Shown piece by piece: positions 49,171 through 59,328 of a stretch of 64,000 nucleotides of DNA. The position numbers and the translations under genes are program-made. Source of the DNA: Parcubacteria group bacterium Gr01-1014_17 (GTDB lineage: Bacteria; Patescibacteriota; Minisyncoccia; Phycocordibacterales; UBA10002); contig VMFZ01000004.1 of the NCBI GenBank assembly GCA_007376285.1, positions 300 to 64,299 on the forward strand, written 5' to 3'. The stretch's first letter is position 1. The number at the start of each line of letters is the position of its first letter. The notes beneath the pieces are model-generated. The model was not told the DNA's origin and made no database searches. It saw nothing but the letters and a program-made list of their open reading frames with translations.

Positions 49171-50073
49171 ATGAATCTTGAATCTAAGATTCTAGTCATT
49201 GTTGGACCGACTGCGAGCGGGAAAAGCGCGCTCGCGGTTACGCTCGCGCGCCGATTCAGAGGCGAAGTGATTTCCGCCGATTCACGACAAGTGTATCGTG
49301 GGCTCGATGTCGGTACAGGAAAAATCACAAAAAAAGAAATGCGCGGCGTCCACCACCATTTGCTTGATATCGCGAACCCGAAAAAGCAATTCACGGTTGC
49401 AGAATATAAGAAGCTCGCCCGAGAAAAGATCTCCCAGATTCAATCGCGCAACAAAATTCCCATCATCTGCGGTGGCACTGGTCTTTATATTGATGCGCTT
49501 CTTGGAAATATCGCCATCCCAGAAGTACCTCCAAACCTCGCACTCCGCAAAAAACTAGAGAGAAAGACGGCCCCTGAATTGTTCGCTCTGCTCCAAATGT
49601 TCGACCCACAACGCGCAAAAACCATTGACCAGCACAACCCGCGACGACTTATTCGCGCGATTGAAATTATAAAAGCCATTGGTTCTGTCACTCCATCACA
49701 ACATACCAACATTCTGCAGAATATGAGAATGATTGGCCTCATACTCCCACCAGCAGAACTCAAAAAGAAAATATCTAGGCGCTTATTCGTGAGAATTAGA
49801 GAATATAAGATGATACAAGAAGTCCGAGAGTTGCACCGGAAAGGATTGTCGTGGAAACGGATGGAATCGCTAGGGCTTGAGTACCGCTACCTTTCCCGCT
49901 ATTTACGCGGCTTCCTTACTAAAACAGAAATGATTGAGAAACTCAAAACCGAAATCTGGCGCTACGCAAAACGGCAGATGGTGTGGTTCAAGCGGAATAA
50001 AGAAATAAAATGGTTTACACCAAAAGAACAAAGAAAAATATTTTCTGCAGTTCAAGTGTTTTTGTGTCAATAA
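49171..50073 (+). CDS. miaA: tRNA dimethylallyltransferase
   Basis: GPTASGKS, SADSRQVY, GGTGLY, YAKRQ..WF. Confidence 0.96.
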   Translation: MNLESKILVIVGPTASGKSALAVTLARRFRGEVISADSRQVYRGLDVGTGKITKKEMRGVHHHLLDIANPKKQFTVAEYKKLAREKISQIQSRNKIPIICGGTGLYIDALLGNIAIPEVPPNLALRKKLERKTAPELFALLQMFDPQRAKTIDQHNPRRLIRAIEIIKAIGSVTPSQHTNILQNMRMIGLILPPAELKKKISRRLFVRIREYKMIQEVRELHRKGLSWKRMESLGLEYRYLSRYLRGFLTKTEMIEKLKTEIWRYAKRQMVWFKRNKEIKWFTPKEQRKIFSAVQVFLCQ

Positions 50074-50127
50074 ACCAGTTTTTCTATCTTACTTGCAAGT
50101 AAGATATGGCTTTCAGGTGAACTAAAC

Positions 50128-50922
50128 TTAATTTTTATTAAAAGAATCCTGTATAGATTTGACGACAACTGATACAAAGTTACTTACGGGAAAATCCTTT
50201 ACATCAAGCAAAGAAAGATATGGACACCAATCCTCAATTTCTAATAGAAGTATTTTATTTGTGTATGTTTTCAAGAAGTCAATTCTTTGAATACCAGTCA
50301 TAGGATTCCACTCAACGAATTGATAAGCCAAAGAAGACTCTTCCGCAGTTGGGAAATATAATTCTAAATCCCATCGCCCACCTTTTGTTTTGAGCGCGTG
50401 ATGAAAATTATTATCTATAAAAAAGAAAGAAATCTCAGAGGCGAATTTTATCTTTGGCTGAATGATATATTTTTTGGCGTCAAAGTATTGTTTGAGGTGG
50501 TTTGTCGGAACAGATACGATTCCTTTTCCGCTTCCACTATAAATTGGTTTCAGGAGGTATTCTTTTGAATCCTGTCGCAAAGCTTTTTCATAGTTATTGA
50601 ATGATGGGACAACTTGATATTTTGTATTATACAATTTTACAAGATATCGTTTTCCTTTTTGATCCCCCATTCCAATAAATCGATTGTTGTGATATATATT
50701 TCTTCTAGAAAAGTTGTGATAGATTTTGAGCATGCGTTCCGAGCCGTTAAAACACCCCCATACATTCCTTATTAAGAAAAAAGAGTTCTTGGAAAATATG
50801 GAATCGTCAAAGAGATCTAAAACTTCTGTTCGAAAATATTTATCCAGGAGCTTAGCCAAAGCAATATCCTCAGATCTAGAATCCTTATTCTTCAGGTTAG
50901 AGATAATGGTTACATTCTCCAT
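50128..50922 (-). CDS. ATP-grasp domain protein
   Basis: LLKPIYSGSGKG, IIQP, RIDF, LLEIE; AT-rich. Confidence 0.7.
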   Translation of the reverse strand: MENVTIISNLKNKDSRSEDIALAKLLDKYFRTEVLDLFDDSIFSKNSFFLIRNVWGCFNGSERMLKIYHNFSRRNIYHNNRFIGMGDQKGKRYLVKLYNTKYQVVPSFNNYEKALRQDSKEYLLKPIYSGSGKGIVSVPTNHLKQYFDAKKYIIQPKIKFASEISFFFIDNNFHHALKTKGGRWDLELYFPTAEESSLAYQFVEWNPMTGIQRIDFLKTYTNKILLLEIEDWCPYLSLLDVKDFPVSNFVSVVVKSIQDSFNKN

Positions 50923-50973
50923 GTGAATATTTTCTCTTAAACTCTCATTAAGAGAGTAGGTATGACATCTTGA

Positions 50974-51044
50974 CGGGCCCAGCAGGACTCGAACCTGCAG
51001 TCACGGATTTGGAGTCCGTTGGTTTGCCATTAACCGATGGGCCC
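50974..51044 (-). tRNA. tRNA-Trp(CCA)
   Basis: GGGCCCA/TGGGCCC, ACGGA-CTCCAAA-TCCGT. Confidence 0.93.
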
Positions 51045-51698
51045 ATATTTTTCTAAAAATGCGGTCGCAGTCATTAAAAGCCGTTTGGCAAGATCGTTGC
51101 TATGATACCGAAGCGACAAACATCCTGGATAATCTTTTTTAATTCGCTTACCGGTATGCGGTTTGCGATACGGTTTAATGAATTGCCCCCTATCTATATT
51201 AGTTACTTTTGACCAAAACGCAATTTGTTTCTCAGCATCATGGTATTCGTGCAAATGTATACAAAGACGAAATTTCTTTTCATCGAGCGGAAACGAGTGT
51301 CGCAAGAGTGTGAGGAATGTCTTAATTAATTTTGGATCAGAATTTGTAAAGCAAGTCCCTTTTGAGATACTTTTGAGCCCTTCGCACCAATATAATAAAG
51401 CACATATAATTCGCTCCACGGAAATATCATTAATTTTCGGAAGAGTTGTCGAAGCTTGTTCTTTATACCGCAGAAGCAAATCTTGAGTTCTTTGTCGTTT
51501 TCTTTCAGCCGAAAGAACTTGACCTAATTTTATTTTTGTCAGCAGTCGCTTCCGCGCTTTATCTGACATTGTAACATTTCTTACCCATGTTGAAACCGAA
51601 CTCTTCGCAACCGCAACTCTCCTAACAATTTCATTTACAGAAAAACCTTTTTCTCGGAGACGAATAGACTGCAATCGTTCTTTAATTTTCAGTTTCAT
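51030..51698 (-). CDS. HTH + LAGLIDADG-like protein
   Basis: LREKGFS..VAKSSVSTW; LYWCEG, FTNSDP, HLH, FWS. Confidence 0.7.
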   Translation of the reverse strand: MKLKIKERLQSIRLREKGFSVNEIVRRVAVAKSSVSTWVRNVTMSDKARKRLLTKIKLGQVLSAERKRQRTQDLLLRYKEQASTTLPKINDISVERIICALLYWCEGLKSISKGTCFTNSDPKLIKTFLTLLRHSFPLDEKKFRLCIHLHEYHDAEKQIAFWSKVTNIDRGQFIKPYRKPHTGKRIKKDYPGCLSLRYHSNDLAKRLLMTATAFLEKYGPIG

Positions 51699-51859
51699 AA
51701 AAACTAAAAGATAAGTTATATAACCTATACTACCAGTCCATACGAATACAACAAGAAAAAATGGGGATAACTTCCCCATTTTCTACTTTTTCGTCTCTTT
51801 GTGCTTCGTGCGCTTGCGGCATCCCATAGGACAAGCATACGGGACAGGCCAATTGCAAA

Positions 51860-52018
51860 TTATTTCTTGGTTTCCTTATGTTCCGTCCGGACTTTGCACC
51901 AACGACAAAATTTCCTGAGCGTTATCTTGCGCTCCACTTTTTTCTTGTTTTTCTCGCTCCAGTAGTTTATGCGCTTGCACGAAGCGCACGCGAGTTTGAT
52001 TAACCTATCCTGACTCAT
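51860..52018 (-). CDS. rpmG: 50S ribosomal protein L33
   Basis: MSQDRLIKLACASCKRINY..LRKFCRWC..EHKETKK (below ORF-track cutoff). Confidence 0.95.
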   Translation of the reverse strand: MSQDRLIKLACASCKRINYWSEKNKKKVERKITLRKFCRWCKVRTEHKETKK

Positions 52019-52102
52019 AATTAAAACATCATAGCGCACTTTTATAAAAAAGAAAAGCCCCGACTCGCTTTCACGAATCGGGACTGTGTATCAAACTAAA
52101 CC

Positions 52103-53173
52103 CTAACTTTTCCCGCCGCTGTCTCTACTGAACGACTGCTGGCGTTTTCCGAAGGTCGGCCAGTCAATGATGATGTCGTAGATGCCTGACACCAACTCAA
52201 TGGTGGAGTAAAGACCGCTTACGATTGGAACATAAGTCCAAGAAGTTGCCGATGTCGATGAGACACGAATCCAAAATCCCTTTGCAACACCATCGCTTGG
52301 ATGTTCGGCGTAGAAAGAGAGAGGTAGTGTTTTAGTGAATCTGATTTGCACTAAAGGCGACACTCCGTTATTGAACGCGCGAGCAACCTGCTCGTCAACT
52401 CTGTTTACCGTAACCGAATTGATGTCCGGCTTGACCACAATCACACCCTCCAATGTCGCCGATGTGGTAACCGACCGCCCGAGTATCGGCTGTCTCGCGC
52501 CTGTTTGCGCCGAGTATACCGCTTTGACGGTAATTCCGTCTTCGCGATTGTCAAACGCCATAATGAGAACATTTTTCTGTCCCGCGAGATATACGGGAAA
52601 CAAGAAATTTCCGGTCCTCTGGTCTCGGTCAAGCGAACGGGTCTCCGTCGTCTCCCCTTGTTCATTCAAGAGAGCAACTTCAGCCCAATCCGCACCAGCG
52701 ATTTCCAAAGGCAAATCGCCAGCCGGCCACATCCGCACTTTGATTTCTGTGGTTGGCGAAGCGTAATTACCGTCAGATTGCTTTACTAACTTGAACGACT
52801 GGTTCCCTTGGAACAACTCCCGCCCACCCTTGTCGCGGAACGCGACTCGCACCTCAATCGGGTCCAACGGGTTCCTCGTCTCAAACGAGAAATTCGCGGT
52901 TGAGACAATGGCGAGTAACTCGCCGAAGTCGGGCTGGTTCGGCACCGACGGCACATACCCTTTTTCAAGGTAGGTAACCGTCCCGGGCGTTCCATACACG
53001 AACCCACGCGAGTTCACATTCACCGTAACCTTCGTTACGAGTCGCTTTGCGTTCGCGATAAGCACCTCCGGAGAGGTAATCGGGAGCGTGGACGGGAGGT
53101 CAACTGGCTGGGCGAACACTGACGCCGACACGAACAACAACATTGCTGAGAAAACTGACATTTCCGTTTTCAT
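52103..53173 (-). CDS. Hypothetical secreted beta-rich protein
   Basis: Signal peptide VFA-Q; terminator-like hairpin at ~52057-52084. Confidence 0.7.
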   Translation of the reverse strand: MKTEMSVFSAMLLFVSASVFAQPVDLPSTLPITSPEVLIANAKRLVTKVTVNVNSRGFVYGTPGTVTYLEKGYVPSVPNQPDFGELLAIVSTANFSFETRNPLDPIEVRVAFRDKGGRELFQGNQSFKLVKQSDGNYASPTTEIKVRMWPAGDLPLEIAGADWAEVALLNEQGETTETRSLDRDQRTGNFLFPVYLAGQKNVLIMAFDNREDGITVKAVYSAQTGARQPILGRSVTTSATLEGVIVVKPDINSVTVNRVDEQVARAFNNGVSPLVQIRFTKTLPLSFYAEHPSDGVAKGFWIRVSSTSATSWTYVPIVSGLYSTIELVSGIYDIIIDWPTFGKRQQSFSRDSGGKS

Positions 53174-53209
53174 TTTTTTCTTTCTTTCTAGTTTTTGGTT
53201 TTTCTTGTT

Positions 53210-53419
53210 TTACTGACTTTTTGCTGAGGACTGCACAACAGGGCTAACTCGAAAGCTCACCCGATATGTTTTCTGTTCCGCGCGAACAGGCGCCGAAACA
53301 GCTTGTTCCGATACCACGGCGGCGGGCTTTTTGGCACGCCAGTCGTGGTATTTGTTGACACTGAACAGCGCAATATTTAACAGAATAAGCGCCACGAGAA
53401 TGTAACCGAACTTTCTCAT
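53210..53419 (-). CDS. Small membrane-anchored hypothetical protein
   Basis: MRKFGYILVALILLNIALF. Confidence 0.55.
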   Translation of the reverse strand: MRKFGYILVALILLNIALFSVNKYHDWRAKKPAAVVSEQAVSAPVRAEQKTYRVSFRVSPVVQSSAKSQ

Positions 53420-53533
53420 AGGTTTTAAGTTTTTAACTGACAACGAACTGTTTGAAACGAAAAAAGGTCCTACCACAAGGTAGAATCAACCCTTTCTCGA
53501 CTGTCGTACAGTATACACGACTTTGACTATATG

Positions 53534-54697
53534 TCAAATATAAATCCTTTTTATGAGCGGGTTCAGGCGCGTAACCACCTCGTACCACGAGCTGTCGGTG
53601 ATAAGTGAAATGCCTTCGGCAGACGCCGGTGATTTTTGATTTTTCGTAATAATCACAACCTCATCTCCGACGCGCAGATTTTTTATTTTACTTACATCTA
53701 CCGTCAGCATATCCATAGAAACGCGGCCTACTACTTTACATTCTTTCCCTTGTATCAGCACGCGGCCGATTGACGACAGCGCGCGTGAGTAGCCATGCCA
53801 ATAGCCGATTGGAATAATAGCGAGCGTCGTATCTTCTTGAAGCATCTCCGCAAAATCGTAGCCAACGCGCGCGCCTCTCGGAAGCTTTTTTATTTCGCTT
53901 ACGATTGATTTCCATTCAAGTGCCGGACGGAGCGTAATTTTATCTTTCAGAAACTCCCGCACTTCGCGTGCAGGCCACAACCCATAGAGCCCAATGCCGA
54001 TACGCACCATATCATAGTGCGTTTCTGGAAAGAGCATTGTGCTCGCGGTTGCTGCGGCGTGAACGAGCGGCTTTAACCCCGCTTTTTTGAACGCTATAAT
54101 CCATTGTTCAAACTCCGCGATTTGAGCGCGGGTATCTTTTGGAAACGCGGGATTTTTCGCATTTGCAAAGTGCGTATATAACCCTTGAAGCTGGACACTG
54201 GATGCTGCCTGCCCGCCGATTGGCAGGCGGGGATGCTGGAAAGACAAAAGAACTCTCGGAAGGTCGCCTTTCAAAAATCCTTGGCGGTGCATCCCCGTAT
54301 CAACTTTAATATGAATCTTTAACGGTTTTGAGAGTTCTGCTTTTTTAAGCGTATCAAATATTTCAAAGGAAGAAACCGTAAGAGAAATATCATTTTGAGC
54401 CGCCTCGGCAAAAAGCTCCGGCATAGTGTAACCGAGAACGAGAATCGGAATCTTGATTCCTTCGCGTCGAAGCGAGCGTGCTTCGGTTATGGAATCAACA
54501 CCAAGAAAATCCGCGCCGAGCCGTTCCATTTCTCGCGAAAAATCCACGAGCCCGTGCCCGTAAGCATTGCTCTTCACTACCGCCATCAGTTTTGTCTTTT
54601 TCGGAATAAGCCCGCGGAAAATGCCAAAATTATGTTTAATCGCCTTTTGGTCAACTTCAATCCAAGTACGGAGGCCTTCTCGTTCTGATATAGACAT
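53534..54697 (-). CDS. alr: Alanine racemase
   Basis: AVVKSNAYGHG, HIKVDTGMHR, VRIGIGLYG, GRVSMD. Confidence 0.96.
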   Translation of the reverse strand: MSISEREGLRTWIEVDQKAIKHNFGIFRGLIPKKTKLMAVVKSNAYGHGLVDFSREMERLGADFLGVDSITEARSLRREGIKIPILVLGYTMPELFAEAAQNDISLTVSSFEIFDTLKKAELSKPLKIHIKVDTGMHRQGFLKGDLPRVLLSFQHPRLPIGGQAASSVQLQGLYTHFANAKNPAFPKDTRAQIAEFEQWIIAFKKAGLKPLVHAAATASTMLFPETHYDMVRIGIGLYGLWPAREVREFLKDKITLRPALEWKSIVSEIKKLPRGARVGYDFAEMLQEDTTLAIIPIGYWHGYSRALSSIGRVLIQGKECKVVGRVSMDMLTVDVSKIKNLRVGDEVVIITKNQKSPASAEGISLITDSSWYEVVTRLNPLIKRIYI

Positions 54698-54700
54698 AAA

Positions 54701-54783
54701 TGCGCCGGGGTGGACTCGAACCACCGATGCCCAATGGGCGGGAGATTTACAGTCTCCTGGAATGGCCGCTATCCGACCGGCGC
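54701..54783 (-). tRNA. tRNA-Tyr(GTA)
   Basis: GGAGA-CTGTAAA-TCTCC, variable arm, TTCGAGT. Confidence 0.92.
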
Positions 54784-54874
54784 GACAGAAAGATAATAGC
54801 AGATTTTTTCCAAATAGGGAACACAAAAACACCAGATGTCTGAATTGCAGACATCTGGCGCTTTTTTTGAACAA

Positions 54875-56425
54875 CTACTTCTTTTTCAGCGTCTGAATTG
54901 ACTTTCCAATTGCCGCACCCGCCCTTTCAGCAGTACCGCTCTGGAACTGCTGTTCAACGCTTGATGGTTTGCCTCGTAGGTGCTGAAGCTCTGCTTCCGC
55001 ATCGTTGCGGATATTTTCTGCGCTGCTCATTACCTCAAACAAATCATCGTGGTCCACATCTCCAGAAGACATAACGCCCTTTACCTCGGCGAGCTTCCTT
55101 TTCATATCTGCGATAAGACCTCGAAGCGCTGAAACATCTTTCTGTTGCTTTTCATACCGAGTTGCCTCTTTTTCGTACCGTGCGATTTCTTTCTCCGCCT
55201 GCTTCACGACCCGTGAAAGATTGGAAATGTTTTCAAGCACGCGCATTGAGTCGTACGCATCTTGCGAACCCTCAAATACGCCGTCGCGCAAGGTCTCCAT
55301 TGCGGTCTCAATATCCCCTCCCGATGCCTCGCTTTTTGCTTGCGCGAGCGCGCCGCTGACGACTCCGACACTCGCCTCAACTTTGGCGACTAATTCAGGA
55401 TATGCCGCCGTGGTCTTGCTTTTTTTGATGCGCGCAAATTGTGTCGTAAGCCGCTTCACCTGCGAGTCTGCTTGTTTCAAAGTCATCGGCCATTGCGCAA
55501 GCGCACCGAGACGCGGACCTACATCGCGCAATTCTTCGCCGCGTTCCATAATAACTTCCATAGCACTTTGCACATCATCAGTCATTTCAGTTGCGCCTTT
55601 CACTACTCCAAGCGCTTGCGTTAAATCAGACACCAATGTCATATATTCTGACGGAATCGGCACATTTTGTTTCGCAAGTTTATCGATCATTTGCTTAATC
55701 ATTTTGAGTCCCTGTTCCATACCGCGCAAATTGCGTTTCATTTCAGTCAACTGCCGTTTTTGCATTTCCGCCTCGCGCGCCTCAAAGTCATCTCCTTCAT
55801 CACCACCATAACCTCCTGATTCTCCGCCAAACCCTCCTCCACCTTCATGTCCATACTGACTGCCAGATCCAGAATCGCCGCCAAAATCCCCTCCGCCGCG
55901 CATCATTCCACCTTCAGAACCACCACGCGAACCGCCGGATTGTTGCGACCCTCCGCGCATCATTTCTTTTTGGCGCATCATCTGCTCTTTTCCCCCCATC
56001 ATTTCTTGCCCTTTCATCATTTCTTGCGGAGAACCTTTTTGATTATACATTCCCTGTTCCGAACCTCCGCGCATCATTCCACCTTGCGGTGGCATCGGAC
56101 GCTGCTGGTATCCGCCTTGCTGTCCGCCTTGCTGTCCGCCTTGCTGATAGTTCCCTTCTGGCGGTCGTTGCTGATATCCACCCTGATATCCGCCGGAACT
56201 GCCAGGCGGAGGCGGCATATGATCTCCCCCAAAACTACCTTGCGGTGGCGGAGGCATCATCGGCGGTTGATGGCTTCCTCCACCAAAATCACCTCCACCT
56301 GATGGTGGTGGCGGAGGAGGCGGTGCGCCTCCTTCCTGCGCGAACGCCAATGCCACACAACTAAATACAAACGCGGTGCTTAATACCACAACAATACCAA
56401 CGCTTCTCAATCGTAATAAATACAT
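54875..56425 (-). CDS. Secreted protein with P/G/Q/M low-complexity N-region and helical C-domain
   Basis: Signal peptide AFA-Q, repeats QQGG and MMRGG, coiled-coil C-terminus. Confidence 0.75.
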   Translation of the reverse strand: MYLLRLRSVGIVVVLSTAFVFSCVALAFAQEGGAPPPPPPPSGGGDFGGGSHQPPMMPPPPQGSFGGDHMPPPPGSSGGYQGGYQQRPPEGNYQQGGQQGGQQGGYQQRPMPPQGGMMRGGSEQGMYNQKGSPQEMMKGQEMMGGKEQMMRQKEMMRGGSQQSGGSRGGSEGGMMRGGGDFGGDSGSGSQYGHEGGGGFGGESGGYGGDEGDDFEAREAEMQKRQLTEMKRNLRGMEQGLKMIKQMIDKLAKQNVPIPSEYMTLVSDLTQALGVVKGATEMTDDVQSAMEVIMERGEELRDVGPRLGALAQWPMTLKQADSQVKRLTTQFARIKKSKTTAAYPELVAKVEASVGVVSGALAQAKSEASGGDIETAMETLRDGVFEGSQDAYDSMRVLENISNLSRVVKQAEKEIARYEKEATRYEKQQKDVSALRGLIADMKRKLAEVKGVMSSGDVDHDDLFEVMSSAENIRNDAEAELQHLRGKPSSVEQQFQSGTAERAGAAIGKSIQTLKKK

Positions 56426-56524
56426 AAAAAATTCATTACCTAATAAATCATTGCAAAAAGACCACCCTGCATTCTACAAGACGGCTACATGAAAAGCAAA
56501 ACTGCAAAAGTGGATAAATACACA

Positions 56525-59209
56525 TCACACCACCTTCTCCATTTCCATGCTTTTGACTACCCTACCGCTCTTCACTTTGCCACCAACACTCTTCACTTCA
56601 AAAGAGAACTCGTTGTCTTTCACGCCGACTGAAACCACACCCCCCTCGGAGAGCCCGTGCGAGATAAGGAGTGATGCGAGCGGGTTTAAAATCTTGTTTT
56701 GTATAAGCCGCTTCAGGGGCCGCGCGCCGTACTGCGGGCTGTATCCTTCTTTCGCCAAAAACGCGTACGCGTCTGGCACGACTTCAAGCGTAATTTCTTT
56801 TTGAACAAGTCGCTTCTTTATTTCTTCAACTTGAATTTCAACTATTTTCGCAATCGCTTCGTGTGGTAGAATATCAAACACAATAATATCATCCAGACGA
56901 TTTAGAAATTCCGGCTTAAAAAAATCTTTCAGAGAAGACAGCACTTTTGTTTTCGCATTTTCATAATCCGCTTTTTCGCCTCCGCCCGTAGAAAATCCTA
57001 TCTTTTGCATCTTGTCTATAAATTGCGCGCCGATATTGGAGGTCAGAATAATAATGGAGTTGCGGAAGTTTGCGACACGGCCTTTCGCATCGGTCAGTCG
57101 TCCGTTGTCCAACACTTGCAAGAGCAAATTGAACACTTCCGGATGCGCTTTTTCTATCTCGTCAAACAGGACCACGGCATACGGCCGGTGCCGAATGGTT
57201 TCCGTGAGCGTGCCTCCTTCTTCGTAGCCCACATAGCCAGGCGGCGCGCCGATGAGCTTGGACACCGCGTGTTTTTCCATAAACTCCGACATATCTACGC
57301 GAATAAGCGCTTTCTCATCGTTAAACATAAACTCAGAAAGCGCCCGCGTAAGCTCGGTTTTGCCAACACCCGTAGGTCCAAGAAACAGGAATGAGCCCAT
57401 CGGCCGATTCGGGTCTGAAATGCCGGCGCGCGAGCGACGAATGGTGTCGGAAATTTTTTTAACTGCCTCGTCTTGCCCAACAATTCGTTTTCGGATATCG
57501 TCTTCCATGCGCGTCAGTTTTGCCGCTTCTTCTTCAAGCATCCGCGCAACTGGAATGCCTGTCCAGCGCGAGACGACCGACGCGATTTCTCCCTCTGTGA
57601 TTTCTTCGTTAAGCACTTTGCGCGAGCGCTGAAGCGTTTTGAGGCGCTTCAACTTGAGCGCAAGCTCCTTATCAAGCACAGGAATCTTTCCGTAGCGGAT
57701 TTCCGCCGCTTGCGCCAAGTCAGCGCGCGCCTCTGCCTGCTCTGCATCAATGCGCGCGCGCTCTGAATCCTTCTTGAGTCCTTTGATTGCCGAAACGGTT
57801 TCTTTTTCGTTCTTCCATTTAAGTTCAATCTCAGATGTCTTCTCTCTCAAATCCGCAACCTCTTTTTCAATCTCCTTTATTCGCGCCTTTGCTTTGCGTG
57901 AGTTGGTTTCTTTCTTGAGCGCTTCTTTTTCAATTTCCAAGCGACGAATTTTGCGCGATGCTTCTTCCAAAACCGGCGGCATATTTTCCAAAGAGATTTT
58001 CAGAGACGACGCGGCTTCGTCAATCAAATCCACCGCCTTGTCCGGCAGATAGCGGTCGGTAATATATCGTGCAGACAAATTAACAGCAGACACAATCGCC
58101 GCGTCCGTAATGCGCACACCGTGGTAAAGTTCGTACTTTTCTTTGAGCCCGCGCAAAATCGCGTACGCATCTTCAAGCGACGGCTCTATCACAAACACGG
58201 GCTGGAACCTCCGCGTAAGCGCAGGGTCTTTTTCAATATGCTTTTGATATTCTTTGAGCGTCGTAGCACCGATAGCGCGAAGCTCGCCGCGCGAAAGCGC
58301 GGGCTTCAACATATTGGACGCGTCAAGAGAACCCTCCGCCGCGCCCGCGCCCACAATCGTATGGATTTCATCTATAAAAAGAATAACCTTTCCAGCAGAA
58401 CGCTCAACTTCTTTCATAATGTTTTTGAGCCGTTCTTCAAACTCACCGCGATACTTGGTGCCGGCAACCAAAAGCCCCAAATCAAGCGCCACCAGTTCTT
58501 TGTCTTTCAGCGACTCGGGCACATCGCCTTGCGCGACACGAAGCGCAAGCCCTTCCGCAATTGCGGTTTTCCCAACGCCTGATTCCCCGATAAGAATCGG
58601 ATTGTTTTTTGTACGGCGCGAGAGAATCTGGATGATGCGCATAATCTCCGCATCGCGCCCGATGACCGGGTCAAGCTTGTTTTCGCGCGCGAGCGAGGTT
58701 AAATTGCGCGCGTAGCGCGCGAGAAAGCGATGCTTTTTCGGCTGGGCGACATCCGTAATTCGACCGCTTTTCATTTCTTCCAAAATGCGGAGCGCGCCTG
58801 CTTTGTCTACCTTGAAGCGCGCAAGCAGCTCTCTCCCCGCGCCAGGCGCGTCAAGCATGGCGAGGAGCAAATGCTCGGTTGATACGAACTCATCCTTGAG
58901 CGATGAGGCGGCGCGCGTCGATGCTTCCAAGATTCCCGCAAGCTCTGGCGTCAGATAAATCTGGTACGAAGGCGCAAGCACGCCGCCCGATTCCGTGCCG
59001 TCAAGAGATTCTAAAACCGAATCCGTGAGCAGAACAATATCAACTTCCAGCCGTTCCAAAATGGAAACAACCGCGCTCTCATCTTGCGTAATGAGCGCGG
59101 CAAGAAGGTGCATCGGACCGACATGATTTTGTCCGCGCTCAATCGCGAGCTCATGCGCGCGCCGTATGGCTTCTTTTGCCTTGGTGGTGAAATGATGAAA
59201 AGGGGGCAT
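56525..59209 (-). CDS. clpB: Chaperone ClpB
   Basis: Two AAA+ modules ([17 protein letters not shown]), long M-domain, GARPLKR. Confidence 0.92.
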   Translation of the reverse strand: MPPFHHFTTKAKEAIRRAHELAIERGQNHVGPMHLLAALITQDESAVVSILERLEVDIVLLTDSVLESLDGTESGGVLAPSYQIYLTPELAGILEASTRAASSLKDEFVSTEHLLLAMLDAPGAGRELLARFKVDKAGALRILEEMKSGRITDVAQPKKHRFLARYARNLTSLARENKLDPVIGRDAEIMRIIQILSRRTKNNPILIGESGVGKTAIAEGLALRVAQGDVPESLKDKELVALDLGLLVAGTKYRGEFEERLKNIMKEVERSAGKVILFIDEIHTIVGAGAAEGSLDASNMLKPALSRGELRAIGATTLKEYQKHIEKDPALTRRFQPVFVIEPSLEDAYAILRGLKEKYELYHGVRITDAAIVSAVNLSARYITDRYLPDKAVDLIDEAASSLKISLENMPPVLEEASRKIRRLEIEKEALKKETNSRKAKARIKEIEKEVADLREKTSEIELKWKNEKETVSAIKGLKKDSERARIDAEQAEARADLAQAAEIRYGKIPVLDKELALKLKRLKTLQRSRKVLNEEITEGEIASVVSRWTGIPVARMLEEEAAKLTRMEDDIRKRIVGQDEAVKKISDTIRRSRAGISDPNRPMGSFLFLGPTGVGKTELTRALSEFMFNDEKALIRVDMSEFMEKHAVSKLIGAPPGYVGYEEGGTLTETIRHRPYAVVLFDEIEKAHPEVFNLLLQVLDNGRLTDAKGRVANFRNSIIILTSNIGAQFIDKMQKIGFSTGGGEKADYENAKTKVLSSLKDFFKPEFLNRLDDIIVFDILPHEAIAKIVEIQVEEIKKRLVQKEITLEVVPDAYAFLAKEGYSPQYGARPLKRLIQNKILNPLASLLISHGLSEGGVVSVGVKDNEFSFEVKSVGGKVKSGRVVKSMEMEKVV

Positions 59210-59279
59210 ATACCGCATCATACCACACCCCCCTACCCCCTTCAAATGGGGATTATCGGAAAAACCTTGGCAGACACTA

Positions 59280-59311
59280 TTCCAACTACTTGCTATAGCA
59301 AGTAGTTGGAA
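59280..59311. repeat. 32-bp palindrome TTCCAACTACTTGCTATAGCAAGTAGTTGGAA
   Basis: Perfect palindrome; degenerate copy at ~24573-24604. Confidence 0.85.
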
Positions 59312-59328
59312 GAGGGTTGAAAAAGGGG

